NCBI GenBank assembly: GCA_036231405.1
Contig: JAZAHK010000046.1
Coordinates: 160,001-224,000 of the forward strand
Length of the DNA: 64,000 nucleotides
Source of the DNA: Nitrospinota bacterium
GTDB lineage: Bacteria; UBA8248
Reading direction: 5' to 3'
Positions 10,538 to 20,886 of this stretch are shown piece by piece. Numbering within the stretch: the first letter of the stretch is position 1; each line of letters opens with the position of its first letter. Position numbers and translations under genes: made by a program. Under the pieces are notes generated by a model. That model was not told the origin of the DNA. It was given only the letters and a program-made list of their open reading frames with translations, and did no database searches.

Positions 10538-10956
10538 TAAAGTTTTTACAAGAGGATCTATGTATTTATACTGATGGGGCTTCTAGAGGTAATCCTGGTC
10601 CTTCAGGCGCAGCAGCGTTGATTTACGATATGAATAACATCTTGGTGGATAAGGTTTCTAAATTTTTGGGTGATTCAACAAATAATGTTGCAGAGTATAG
10701 TGCATTATTACTTGCTTTGAATCGTGCCATCGATTTAGGTGCGAAAAGAGTAAAAATAATTACCGATTCACAATTAATGGCTAGACAATGGATAGGATTA
10801 TACAAGGTAAAGAGTTTGTCTATAATGTCTCTCTATAGGGAGGCTAAAGAAATTGCAGGAAAACTAGATCATGTTGAAGTGGTTCACGTAAATCGTTCTG
10901 AAAATATTCAGGCAGATAAATTGGCAAATGAGGTAATAGACCATAGTGTTTTTTAA
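10534..10956 (+). CDS. rnhA: ribonuclease HI family protein (start codon non-canonical/uncertain)
   Basis: In-frame IYTDGASRGNPGPSG lies upstream of the tracked ORF (10618); TNNVAEY, DSQL, NIQADKLAN complete the catalytic set. Confidence 0.85.
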   Translation: MIKFLQEDLCIYTDGASRGNPGPSGAAALIYDMNNILVDKVSKFLGDSTNNVAEYSALLLALNRAIDLGAKRVKIITDSQLMARQWIGLYKVKSLSIMSLYREAKEIAGKLDHVEVVHVNRSENIQADKLANEVIDHSVF

Positions 10957-10962
10957 TTTTAG

Positions 10963-11323
<361 letters not shown>

Positions 11324-11346
11324 TTTCATTTTTACTTGAGGTTTCA

Positions 11347-12588
11347 ATGAGTTCAAAGAACGATGATTCCTTTAGCCTATCTTATATTTGCAAAGAGTCT
11401 TCTCTTGCACAGGGAGTAATTCTCCCACATTTAAGAAAGACACCGTGCAGATTGAGTGAAGATTTTTCTGAACAACTCGGATTTGAACTCTATCTCAAGC
11501 TTGAAAATCTTCAAAGAACTGGTTCTTTCAAGACCAGAGGTTCTATGTATGCAATTAGCAAGTTGAGTAAAGAACAAAGAGAATCAGGTGTAGTTACAGC
11601 GTCTGCTGGCAACCATGCACAGGGAGTTGCGTTTGCTGCTAAGCAACTGGGTATCTATTCTCTAGTTGTGATGCCTGAATACACCCCAAATACTAAACTA
11701 GACGCTGTTAAAGCACTTGGTTCCGAAGTTGAACTTTATGGTTCAACTTTTGATGATGCATATGCACGTGCAGAAGAATATAAATCATCAAAGGGTCTTG
11801 TTATGATTCACCCATTTGATGATTCTGATGTTATTGCTGGTCAAGGGACGGTTGCATTGGAGATTTTAGAACAAGTTCCTGACGTTGAGACTATAATTGT
11901 TTCGGTTGGAGGAGGAGGTTTGATTTCTGGAGTGATTTCAGTAGTAAAAACGTTAAGACCTGATATACGTGTCGTTGGGGTTGTTGCAGATGGAGTGCCA
12001 TCATTAAAAGAATCCATGAAAACAGGAAGTTCTGTTGAAGTGTCTTCTATTTCAACGATTGCGGATGGTATTGCCGTCAAAAAAATAGGAGAGAAATGCT
12101 TCCCAATTATTCAGGAAAATGCAGATGATATCGTTTCTGTTTCAGACGATTCTATGGCATCTGCTATTTTGAGTTTATTAGAGGAGGAAAGAATGCTAGC
12201 GGAAGCTGCAGGTGCTGCTCCTTTAGCTTCTTTATTTGATAAAAAGGTGAAAGGAACCGGTAAGACGGTTGCACTAATTTGTGGTGGAAATTTAGATGTA
12301 AATCTTCTCTCTAGAATCATAGGGAAAGGTCTCGCTCTTAATAATAGATATGCTAAATTGCAAGTACCACTTCATGACGTTCCCGGTGCGCTAACTAAAC
12401 TTTCCAGAATTGTCTCTGAAGAGAGAGTCAATATCATACACATAGAGCATGATAGGTTTTCAACTCAGGTTCCAATTAATCATACACTTTCTCGTCTTTA
12501 TTTAGAGGTTAGAGGAAATGATCATTTGGAGTTTTTGGTTAAGAGGCTTATTTCTGAAAATTATGAGGTTCTTAGGGAGAACAATTGA
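11347..12588 (+). CDS. ilvA: threonine ammonia-lyase with C-terminal ACT domain
   Basis: KLENLQRTGSFK, SAGNHAQGVA, IAGQGT, VGGGGLISG, D-VPGAL ACT start. Confidence 0.9.
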   Translation: MSSKNDDSFSLSYICKESSLAQGVILPHLRKTPCRLSEDFSEQLGFELYLKLENLQRTGSFKTRGSMYAISKLSKEQRESGVVTASAGNHAQGVAFAAKQLGIYSLVVMPEYTPNTKLDAVKALGSEVELYGSTFDDAYARAEEYKSSKGLVMIHPFDDSDVIAGQGTVALEILEQVPDVETIIVSVGGGGLISGVISVVKTLRPDIRVVGVVADGVPSLKESMKTGSSVEVSSISTIADGIAVKKIGEKCFPIIQENADDIVSVSDDSMASAILSLLEEERMLAEAAGAAPLASLFDKKVKGTGKTVALICGGNLDVNLLSRIIGKGLALNNRYAKLQVPLHDVPGALTKLSRIVSEERVNIIHIEHDRFSTQVPINHTLSRLYLEVRGNDHLEFLVKRLISENYEVLRENN

Positions 12589-12589
12589 A

Positions 12590-14137
12590 ATGTCTCGTAG
12601 CAAACGCGCGGTAGTAAGCGTTAGTGAAAAAAAAGGGCTTGATAAACTTGGAACGGTTCTACAGAAAGCTAATTGGGAAATAATTTCTACTGGTGGAACC
12701 GCAAATTTCCTAAAATCCCTAGGAGTGAATGTAATTCAAGCTAGCGATTATACTGGGCAACCAGAAATTCTTGGCGGTAGGGTAAAAACTCTACATCCGA
12801 AAATTTTGGGTGGTATTTTGGGAAGACCTGACCAAGAAAGTGAGATGGTATCGAGTAACATACCTCTTATTGATTTAGTAGTTGTCAACCTTTATCCATT
12901 TAGAGAAACCGTTGCTGATCCAGATGTCTCTTTGCAAGATGCTTTAGAAAAGATTGATGTCGGTGGGCCAACAATGGTTCGCGCTGCTGCAAAAAATCAC
13001 GAAAGAGTTGCAGTAGTTGTAGAGCCTGAAGATTATGACGAATTAATTGAGTTTATCGAATCAGGGAGAGAATTCCCTGATGATTTTCTGAAAAACTTGG
13101 CATTCAAAGCATTTGATCATGTTTCTTCATATGATTCTGCAATCTCATCGTTTCTTTCAAAATCAATAAAAGATGGAGCGAATTATTTTGCTCCGAAAAT
13201 TGAGATGTCTCTAAAAAGGGAAAAAGTTTTACGTTATGGAGAAAACCCCCATCAGAAAGGTTCTTTTTATAGTTTTCAATCAGAGGAATCTTTTTCTCTC
13301 TCTAAGATTATTGTTTTGGGAGGAAAAGAACTTTCCTTTAATAATTATCTTGATGTGTCTGCTGCATGTGAATTAGTTGCAGACCTTCAGGGGAATGCTT
13401 GTGCAATTCTTAAACATACTAATCCTTGTGGTGTAGGGATTAAAGTTGAACAAGTTGACTCTTTTAAACGTGCTTTAGCTTGTGATCCTGTTTCTGCTTT
13501 TGGAAGTGTCATTGGGTTTAATCAAACCGTAACAGAGGAAACTGCAGAAGAAATGAGAAGTCTTTTTGTTGAGGTTGTTGTTGCTCCTGAGTTTGATGAT
13601 AATGCTCTGAAAATTTTTCAGAGAAAGAAAAATCTGCGTATCTTGCAGTGTCCTGGTCTAGCTTCTGTTCCTATTACTGGAGTAGATATACGAGCAGTTC
13701 CAGGAGGACTTTTGGTGCAGGAAAGAGATTGTTTTTCGGAAGAAGAATTCTCTAATTGGTCTTTGATGACTTCGAGAAAACCAACTATTTCTGAAGAGAG
13801 GGCACTTAAAATTGCTTGGAGTATTGTTCGGCACGTAAAAAGCAATGCAATTGTTCTAGCTGATGACTGTGGAACTGTTGGTGTAGGTGCTGGTCAGATG
13901 AGTCGTGTAGATTCAACTCAACTTGCTGCCTCACGTTCAGTGTTGCCTTTGAAGGGTTGTGTTCTTGCCTCAGACGCATTCTTTCCCTTCAGGGATGCAA
14001 TAGATGAAGCTGTAGAGTTTGGAGTCAAAGCTATAGTCCAACCAGGAGGTTCAGTCAAAGATGATGAGATCATAGAAGCCGCAGTTGAAAAAGATATTTC
14101 TATGGTTTTTACAGGAAGAAGACATTTTCGACATTGA
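12590..14137 (+). CDS. purH: bifunctional AICAR transformylase / IMP cyclohydrolase
   Basis: STGGTA, GRVKTLHP, LRYGENPHQ, KHTNPCG, SDAFFPF, FTGRRHFRH; ATG 12590. Confidence 0.97.
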   Translation: MSRSKRAVVSVSEKKGLDKLGTVLQKANWEIISTGGTANFLKSLGVNVIQASDYTGQPEILGGRVKTLHPKILGGILGRPDQESEMVSSNIPLIDLVVVNLYPFRETVADPDVSLQDALEKIDVGGPTMVRAAAKNHERVAVVVEPEDYDELIEFIESGREFPDDFLKNLAFKAFDHVSSYDSAISSFLSKSIKDGANYFAPKIEMSLKREKVLRYGENPHQKGSFYSFQSEESFSLSKIIVLGGKELSFNNYLDVSAACELVADLQGNACAILKHTNPCGVGIKVEQVDSFKRALACDPVSAFGSVIGFNQTVTEETAEEMRSLFVEVVVAPEFDDNALKIFQRKKNLRILQCPGLASVPITGVDIRAVPGGLLVQERDCFSEEEFSNWSLMTSRKPTISEERALKIAWSIVRHVKSNAIVLADDCGTVGVGAGQMSRVDSTQLAASRSVLPLKGCVLASDAFFPFRDAIDEAVEFGVKAIVQPGGSVKDDEIIEAAVEKDISMVFTGRRHFRH

Positions 14138-14171
14138 TCCTTTATAAGAATATTTTAGAAGGCAAAGAAGT

Positions 14172-15542
14172 GTGAATAGCAAAGAAGTTATAGGTCGTTT
14201 AGATAAGTTTCTGAATAGTCTTTCCCCTCTGCCAAAAAAAATAATTAAAAAAAAACAAAGTAGGAATATAGATAGTCATTTTGAAAGAATAATGTTGCTT
14301 GTTGAAAGACTTGAAATTTCCTTTAGCGACTTTGAGTTTATTAATGTCGTAGGGACCAGCGGGAAAGGATCCACAACAATGATGATATCTGAGTGTTTGC
14401 ATGAGTCAGGAAAATCCGTAGGATCATTTTTCTCTCCTCATATTACATCCATAATTGAACGTTTTTGGTTCAATGGCCGTTTTGTAGAACCGAAACTTGT
14501 TTCAAAGGTCTATGACTCATTTGTATCTACTATTAAAAAGATTAGTCAAGAAGGGCAATGTTTTATTCCTACTTTTTTTGAGTCCTCCTTAGTTGTTTTC
14601 CTTCTGATGGCAAAAGAAATTAATTGTGAAGTTTTGGTTCTTGAAGCTGGCATTGGTGGTAAATATGATGTTACTCGTATTCCTTTTTCTCAAAAATTGT
14701 GTGTGATAACAAAAGTTGCTTTAGACCATACAGAATTACTTGGAAAGACGGTTTCTGAGATCGCTAGAGATAAAGCTGGGATAATTGCTGAAAATGGAAG
14801 AGTAATAGTCTCTAAGAATCATTATGTTGTAAAAAGAGAAATTTCTAAAATTTCCAAAAAAAAATCAGCAAAATTATATTCTTGTCCAACTCCTGAACAA
14901 GTAGTTTTAAAACAAAATTGTACAGTTTTTAATTTAAATTTTTCAGACGGTTCTTTCCTGAAAAATTTGTCTATTCCTATGTTCGGTGAACATCAAGTAC
15001 ATAATGCAGCACTTGCAGCAGGAGCTTGTAAATTAATGAATTTAGATAATTTGAGTATAAGTAAAGGTTTATCTAAGTCACGTTTGCCAGGTAGGATAGA
15101 AATTGTTTCTAAGAATCCAACTGTGATCTTAGATGTTGCGCATAATCGAGATAAAGTGAAGGCGTTGATACAGGTTTTGAAAAGAAGATCAGAAGGAAGA
15201 TTATTTTTTATTGTTGGTTGTCTTGAGGGAAAGGATTCTTTGGGTATTATTGAGGAATTATCCGAGACTAAGGGTGTTTTTTTGTTGACTTTGCCTCCTG
15301 TTTTTGGTTCGAGAAAATATGTCAGTTTTAGCAAGTTAGGAAAAATGTTAATGAAAAATAGAATTCGAGATTTTCAAAATTTTATTGATCCTTGGGATGC
15401 CTTAAAGCAGGCGTTAAGATTAATCAAAAGGGACGATGTTCTGGTGATTACTGGTTCTTCGTATCTGGTAGGAGAATTAAGAAAGTTTTGGTTTGAAGAA
15501 GATTATATTTTAGAGTCTGGCAACCTATTTGCTCGAAAGTAA
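14172..15542 (+). CDS. folC: folylpolyglutamate synthase / dihydrofolate synthase family
   Basis: VGTSGKGST, FSPH, EAGIGG..DVT, DH..LG, PGRIE, LDVAHN, TGSSYLVG. Confidence 0.85.
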   Translation: MNSKEVIGRLDKFLNSLSPLPKKIIKKKQSRNIDSHFERIMLLVERLEISFSDFEFINVVGTSGKGSTTMMISECLHESGKSVGSFFSPHITSIIERFWFNGRFVEPKLVSKVYDSFVSTIKKISQEGQCFIPTFFESSLVVFLLMAKEINCEVLVLEAGIGGKYDVTRIPFSQKLCVITKVALDHTELLGKTVSEIARDKAGIIAENGRVIVSKNHYVVKREISKISKKKSAKLYSCPTPEQVVLKQNCTVFNLNFSDGSFLKNLSIPMFGEHQVHNAALAAGACKLMNLDNLSISKGLSKSRLPGRIEIVSKNPTVILDVAHNRDKVKALIQVLKRRSEGRLFFIVGCLEGKDSLGIIEELSETKGVFLLTLPPVFGSRKYVSFSKLGKMLMKNRIRDFQNFIDPWDALKQALRLIKRDDVLVITGSSYLVGELRKFWFEEDYILESGNLFARK

Positions 15543-15551
15543 GGAAATGAA

Positions 15552-16427
15552 ATGAATTTTTCTCAGAAAAAAATATCTCAAGAAAGGCCATCCGTTACAT
15601 GTAGAGGAAGAGAATTACAATTTGAAAGAGTAAGAATAATGGGAGTTTTGAATGTTACTCCAAATAGTTTTTCTGATGGTGGAAAATTTCTTGAGACTAA
15701 TTTTGCTCTTGAACATATTGATAAAATGACGATGGAAGGTGCTGACATTATAGACATAGGTGGAGAGAGCACTCATCCAGATTCGATTCCTGTTTCTGAT
15801 GTGGAAGAAATAAAAAGAATTGCTCCAATTTTAGAGAGACTTGATTTTGATAGAGGACCTTTAATTTCGATCGACACTAGAAAGCCATCTGTTGTTAAAG
15901 AAGTTATAAAGGCAGGAGTTCATATAATTAATGATGTTAATGGTTTTACAGATGAGCAGATGATAGGCTCAGTCCACAAAACTGGTGTTGCTTTGTTAGT
16001 TATGTGTCCAGGGAAAATAAAGAGTTTTTATGCTCTGGATGAATTCGAACACATTCAGGACATGGTATATTCCTTTTTCAAATTCAAAACAGAAGAACTT
16101 AAAAGTAAGGGATTCAAATCTCTTATTATTGATCCTGGGATAGGTTTTAATAAGTCTCTGCGAGAAAATTTAGAATTAGTAAAAAAAATTTATAGGTTTA
16201 AGGATTTCAATGTCCCTATAACTATAGGGATATCTCGTAAAGGATTCGTTGGAACTATTACACAGGTTGAATTGCCACATGAACGTTTGATAGGTTCTGT
16301 TATTGCAGAAGCCTTTGGTGTTGTGAATGGAGCAAATATAATCCGAACCCATGATGTTAAACATAGTTTGCAGGGGGTGAGGATGGCAGAGTCTTTAAAG
16401 GGAAATTTTGAAAAGGATAGCAATTGA
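15552..16427 (+). CDS. folP: dihydropteroate synthase
   Basis: MGVLNVTPNSFSDGG, IDIGGEST, SIDT, DPGIGF, GISRK, IRTHDV. Confidence 0.95.
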   Translation: MNFSQKKISQERPSVTCRGRELQFERVRIMGVLNVTPNSFSDGGKFLETNFALEHIDKMTMEGADIIDIGGESTHPDSIPVSDVEEIKRIAPILERLDFDRGPLISIDTRKPSVVKEVIKAGVHIINDVNGFTDEQMIGSVHKTGVALLVMCPGKIKSFYALDEFEHIQDMVYSFFKFKTEELKSKGFKSLIIDPGIGFNKSLRENLELVKKIYRFKDFNVPITIGISRKGFVGTITQVELPHERLIGSVIAEAFGVVNGANIIRTHDVKHSLQGVRMAESLKGNFEKDSN

Positions 16428-17287
16428 TAGAATATTTTTTTGAATTCTGGTGGATGTTTCCAGTTGCCTTTTGTGTATGTCTTATGGCTACAAGTTCTAG
16501 TGTAGAAGGGGCAGTTTTCTTTGCTCCGATTTTTATTGTTTTCTTCCCGATGTTTGCTGGAGTTACGATTACACCTATAGAAGCAATCTTTCTCGCACTA
16601 TCGATAGAGATCTTTGGTTTTGGCAGTGCTTTGACCGGTTATTTTAGGAGAGGACTTGTTGATTTGCATATCGCAAAAAACGTGTTGATTCTTTCTATCC
16701 CCACTTCAATTGTTTTTGGTTTTTTAGCACACCAAGTTCCTTCAGGAGTGATTATGATTTTTCTTGGGACTTTGATGGTGATTCTATGTGCGATTATACT
16801 TTTTACATGTTTGAAAAGTATGCCCAAAGAGAAAGATTTCAAAGAAATTGGTGTGAGAATCTCTAAAATAGATAGCCTAGGGAGAAAATATAATTATTAT
16901 TATTCTCATGGTTTCTTTGGTGCATTTTGGTCGGTTTTAGGGGGTCTCCTTGTTGGATTGACTGGGATTGGAATTGGAGAACTAGCATCTACAAGTCTTA
17001 TAGTGCGACATAAAATTCCTGTGCGAGTTGCAATTGGTACAGGTATTCTTATTGTTTTTGCAACGGTATTACCTGCAACATTAGTCCATGCTTATGTTTT
17101 TTCAAGTGGTCAGATTTTAGTCCATTGGAATATTTTGTTTATGACTATCCCTGCAGTCCTAATTGGTGGTCAGGTGTCTCCTGTAATTAATAGTAGGGTA
17201 GACGGGGAGAAAGTTAAGTTTTTTCTGTCTTTTGTTTTTTTGTTTGTTGGATTCATTTTGATTTCTCGTGGTGTTTCTGTTAATTAA
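16424..17287 (+). CDS. TauE/SafE (TSUP) family membrane transporter
   Basis: Multiple hydrophobic helices; two-repeat layout with GLTGIGIGEL and AIGT motifs. Confidence 0.7.
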   Translation: MIEYFFEFWWMFPVAFCVCLMATSSSVEGAVFFAPIFIVFFPMFAGVTITPIEAIFLALSIEIFGFGSALTGYFRRGLVDLHIAKNVLILSIPTSIVFGFLAHQVPSGVIMIFLGTLMVILCAIILFTCLKSMPKEKDFKEIGVRISKIDSLGRKYNYYYSHGFFGAFWSVLGGLLVGLTGIGIGELASTSLIVRHKIPVRVAIGTGILIVFATVLPATLVHAYVFSSGQILVHWNILFMTIPAVLIGGQVSPVINSRVDGEKVKFFLSFVFLFVGFILISRGVSVN

Positions 17288-17289
17288 TT

Positions 17290-18264
17290 TTGACTTCAAA
17301 TCCTATTCAATCCGTTTTGATTGTTGGACCAGGTGCTGTAGGTTCCATGCTAGCTGCAAATTCATGTATGGGTTTGAGTGGTGGTTTGTATCCAATGAAA
17401 ATTAGATTGGCTGGAAGTGAGAATCTTTCGATATTCAGCCGACTTCATCTTGAAAAAATCAATTCAGTTGGATTGTTTCTGAAATCTAATATCAAGAAAA
17501 GCTCGATTGCAAAACCTAATGTTGAGTTTTCTCCATCTTCAGAGAAAGCAGATCTCGTAATCTTTGCAGTAAAAGTTTTTGATTTGGTTGAGGCAAGCAA
17601 GATGTTCCTTCCTTCTATATCTTCATCTACGATTGTTCTTGTTGTTTCAAATGGTCTTGGTGTTTCTGAAAAATTGGATGAAAACATCGACAGAAATAAT
17701 TGTTTTCGAGGTTTAATTGAGACGGGTTGTGAATTAGTTGGCAGTGGAGAGATTGTTCAGCACGGTGAATCAAGACTTGAACTTAGCCCAAATGATGCTG
17801 GACAAAGTTGTTGTATCCAAAATGCTTTTGAGAAAATTGAATTTTTTTTTCAAAATTCAGGTTTTAAAGTTTCTACTTGTGATAATTCTCGTCTGTCAGA
17901 GTGGAAAAAATTTATTGTTAATAGTTCGATTAATCCACTTGCCACACTTTTTGAATGCAAAAATGGCGATCTTTTACGAGAACCAATCATTTATATTCTT
18001 TCTGAACTTTGCTCAGAGATCCAACAATTGGTTGATAGCGAAAAACTGTCTATAGATGTTAGGGCAAAGGTTTTAAAAATAGCAAGAAATACTTATGAGA
18101 ATCAAAATTCTATGCTTAAATCCTTTTTGAAAAGACGAAAAAGCGAATTGCAAGAATTTACAGGAGAAATTTTGCGTCTAGCTGTCAGTAATGAACTCCA
18201 TTTGCCATTAAATAAATTTTTATTTAATGCGTTAAGAATCATTGAAGATAGAAATAAAATGTAG
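17290..18264 (+). CDS. panE: ketopantoate reductase family protein
   Basis: GPGAVG Rossmann motif, FAVK, NGLG, WKKFIVNSSINPL, SML; adjacent to panB. Confidence 0.8.
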   Translation: MTSNPIQSVLIVGPGAVGSMLAANSCMGLSGGLYPMKIRLAGSENLSIFSRLHLEKINSVGLFLKSNIKKSSIAKPNVEFSPSSEKADLVIFAVKVFDLVEASKMFLPSISSSTIVLVVSNGLGVSEKLDENIDRNNCFRGLIETGCELVGSGEIVQHGESRLELSPNDAGQSCCIQNAFEKIEFFFQNSGFKVSTCDNSRLSEWKKFIVNSSINPLATLFECKNGDLLREPIIYILSELCSEIQQLVDSEKLSIDVRAKVLKIARNTYENQNSMLKSFLKRRKSELQEFTGEILRLAVSNELHLPLNKFLFNALRIIEDRNKM

Positions 18265-18336
18265 TAAGGTCAGTTTCGTTTGTTATGTTCTAAACCTTTT
18301 GTTTAGGCGTTTACCTTTATTTAGGAGGAAACGACC

Positions 18337-19191
18337 GTGAAAAGTAGTTTTCTTAAGAAAGACGTTTTTTCCGATCAGTTAGATGAAGCTTCTTCTAGGA
18401 AAAAAATTACCACATCAAAAATTCGAAAGATGAAGTCACGCAGTAAGATTGTCTCTGCCACTGCTTATGATCATTATACCGCAAAAATTGTTGATGATGC
18501 GGGAGTTGATGTAATCTTGGTTGGAGATAGTCTAGGAATGGTAGCATTAGGATATCCAAATACGACACACGTAACATTAAGTGATATGTTGCACCATACA
18601 AAGGCTGTTTCTAGATCTAACCCAAAAGCCCTTTTAGTCTCTGATTTACCATTTCTGACTTACGGCATCGATTTAAAGGATACTTTGAAAAATGCAGGAA
18701 TTTTAATTCAGGAAGGAGCTGCTGAAGCAGTTAAATTAGAAGGTGGAGTGCGTGTTTTTGAACATGTTAAAGGTCTTGTAGAAAGAGAGATGCCCGTCAT
18801 GGGACATATAGGGCTTACTCCACAAAGTATACATACCTTTGGGGGGTATAAAGTACAAGGCAAAACTAAAATTGTTGCTAATAAAATTCGAGAAGACGCA
18901 CTTTCATTACAAGATGCAGGAGTTTTCTCGATCGTTATAGAAGGCGTTCCATCTGAATTAGGAGCACAAATAACTGAAGAACTAGAAGTTCCTACTATTG
19001 GAATAGGGGCTGGCCCATTTTGTGATGGTCAGGTATTAGTTACACAAGATATGCTAGGTTTGTTTAGTGATTTTACGCCAAAATTTGTCAAAATATATTC
19101 AGATCTTGGAACCTATGCGCGAAATGCGATTGAGACATACTGTAATGAAGTCCGTTCTGGTGACTTTCCAACTGAAGATCATAGTTTTTAG
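18337..19191 (+). CDS. panB: 3-methyl-2-oxobutanoate hydroxymethyltransferase
   Basis: TAYD, LVGDSLGMV, VKLEGG, GHIGLTPQS, TIGIGAG, DGQVLV. Confidence 0.97.
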   Translation: MKSSFLKKDVFSDQLDEASSRKKITTSKIRKMKSRSKIVSATAYDHYTAKIVDDAGVDVILVGDSLGMVALGYPNTTHVTLSDMLHHTKAVSRSNPKALLVSDLPFLTYGIDLKDTLKNAGILIQEGAAEAVKLEGGVRVFEHVKGLVEREMPVMGHIGLTPQSIHTFGGYKVQGKTKIVANKIREDALSLQDAGVFSIVIEGVPSELGAQITEELEVPTIGIGAGPFCDGQVLVTQDMLGLFSDFTPKFVKIYSDLGTYARNAIETYCNEVRSGDFPTEDHSF

Positions 19192-19336
19192 TCCTTTTTA
19201 AAAGTCTTTTTTTTTTACAATACTTTTCTTATGAAGATCTACGTCAAAAATAGAGTAGTTTTATAGTTTTCTCCATAATATCCCACAATGTTAAATTATT
19301 GAAATAAAATGTCTTATATCTGTTAATTTTTATATG

Positions 19337-19365
19337 TTGACATATTTGAATTATATAGGTATAAA
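19337..19365 (+). promoter_or_regulatory. sigma-70 promoter of the mraZ/dcw operon
   Basis: TTGACA (19337-42), 17-nt spacer, TATAAA (19360-65). Confidence 0.7.
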
Positions 19366-19377
19366 ATAATTAAATTA

Positions 19378-19402
19378 GTGGGGTAAAGTGGGTAATCGTG
19401 GG
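19378..19402 (+). promoter_or_regulatory. MraZ binding repeats (3 x GTGGG, 10-bp period)
   Basis: GTGGG at 19378, 19388 and 19398 directly upstream of mraZ, matching known MraZ operator architecture. Confidence 0.85.
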
Positions 19403-19407
19403 GGGAA

Positions 19408-19854
19408 ATGATGCTCATAAGTTCACATACTGTTTCTGTAGATGACAAAGGTCGAGTTAGTGTGCCTGCCCGATTTAGGGAGTACCTTTACTCCAAATTC
19501 GGAGAACAATTAGTGCTACTGGATATGGATGGTTGTATTTTTGCTTATCCCCTACAAGAGTGGAAAAGAAGGTTCAGCGATAAATTCGGTCAATTACCTA
19601 CATATCGAGATGAAGTAAGAAAATACGTAAGAAGTATGTATGGAAGAGCGACAGAATGTGTCCTTGATAGACAAGGACGAATTTTATTGCCATCACGTCT
19701 CCGTGAGTCTGCACAAATTCAAAAAGATGCCGTAATCATTGGTTTAGAAAATAAGTTTGAAATTTGGAGTAGTGAGAACTGGAAAAAACAGATATCAGAA
19801 ACTCCTGATGTATTTGAAGAAGAAAAAGATACCTTTATAGAGCTTGAATTTTAA
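19408..19854 (+). CDS. mraZ: division/cell wall cluster transcriptional repressor
   Basis: VDDKGRVSVPARFR and LDRQGRILLP repeats, FEIW. Confidence 0.95.
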   Translation: MMLISSHTVSVDDKGRVSVPARFREYLYSKFGEQLVLLDMDGCIFAYPLQEWKRRFSDKFGQLPTYRDEVRKYVRSMYGRATECVLDRQGRILLPSRLRESAQIQKDAVIIGLENKFEIWSSENWKKQISETPDVFEEEKDTFIELEF

Positions 19855-19875
19855 TGTTTTTTTTTGAGAATACTG

Positions 19876-20838
19876 ATGAGATCAACGCATAAAGAAAATA
19901 AATCTCAAAAAAAAACATGTAGTTTTGACTTAGTAGCATCTCATATCCCGGTTATGGTTCAAGAAGTTTTGAATTTCTTGTCTCCTGTCTCCGGTGCTGT
20001 GTTCTTAGATACTACCTTGGGCGGAGGGGGACACAGTCAACTGATTCTAGATGCGATCCAGCCATCGGGTGTGCTGGTCGGCTGTGATCGGGATGAAGAT
20101 GCTATTAGAATTTGTAGAGGAAGATTTAAAGGATACGGAAGTTCTGTTCGGATACACCATTCAAATTTTACCAATATTAAGAAAATTCTCAGATGCGAAA
20201 ATATTGAGTATGTAGATGGGGTTGTTTTTGATTTAGGTTATTCTTCCATTCAGATGGATAATCCTAGTAGAGGATTTAGTATCAGATCTGAAAATTCTCT
20301 GGATATGAGAATGGACTCAAATGGGGAATTAAAAGCGTCTGATTTGGTTAATAAACTATCAGAAAATGAAATAGCAGATATTATTTTCCATTATGGGGAA
20401 GAAAGAAAATCACGACGTATAGCAAGAGAAATAGTGAGATATCGTTCCAAGAAAGAAATAATTAGTTGTGATGAACTATCCAATATCGTTTTAAGAGCTA
20501 TAAAAAGAAATTCAAAGTCACATTATAAAATACATCCAGCTACAAAAACTTTCCAAGCGCTTCGAATCGTAGTTAACGATGAATTAGAATCCCTTAAAAC
20601 TGCTCTTTTCGATGCTGTTGATGTCCTTCGCCCTGGGGGACGAATTGTAGTAATAAGTTTTCACTCACTTGAGGATAGAATTGTAAAGAATTTCTTTCGT
20701 TCTTCCTCAAAAACTGAAGAACCATTACTAAAGATTCTTACTAAAAAAGTTATTCGTCCTAAACTTGAAGAAATTCAAGTTAATTCTCGATCTCGTAGTT
20801 CGCGTCTTAGAGCATCAGAGCGTTTAGATGGAATGTAA
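19876..20838 (+). CDS. rsmH: 16S rRNA m4C1402 methyltransferase
   Basis: HIPVM, DTTLGGGGHS, DLGYSS, LDMRM, HPATKTFQALRI, ISFHSLEDRIVK. Confidence 0.96.
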   Translation: MRSTHKENKSQKKTCSFDLVASHIPVMVQEVLNFLSPVSGAVFLDTTLGGGGHSQLILDAIQPSGVLVGCDRDEDAIRICRGRFKGYGSSVRIHHSNFTNIKKILRCENIEYVDGVVFDLGYSSIQMDNPSRGFSIRSENSLDMRMDSNGELKASDLVNKLSENEIADIIFHYGEERKSRRIAREIVRYRSKKEIISCDELSNIVLRAIKRNSKSHYKIHPATKTFQALRIVVNDELESLKTALFDAVDVLRPGGRIVVISFHSLEDRIVKNFFRSSSKTEEPLLKILTKKVIRPKLEEIQVNSRSRSSRLRASERLDGM

Positions 20839-20886
20839 AATTAATTCAGATTTAGTTTTGAATTTTATTGTATCTGTGAGTTTCAG

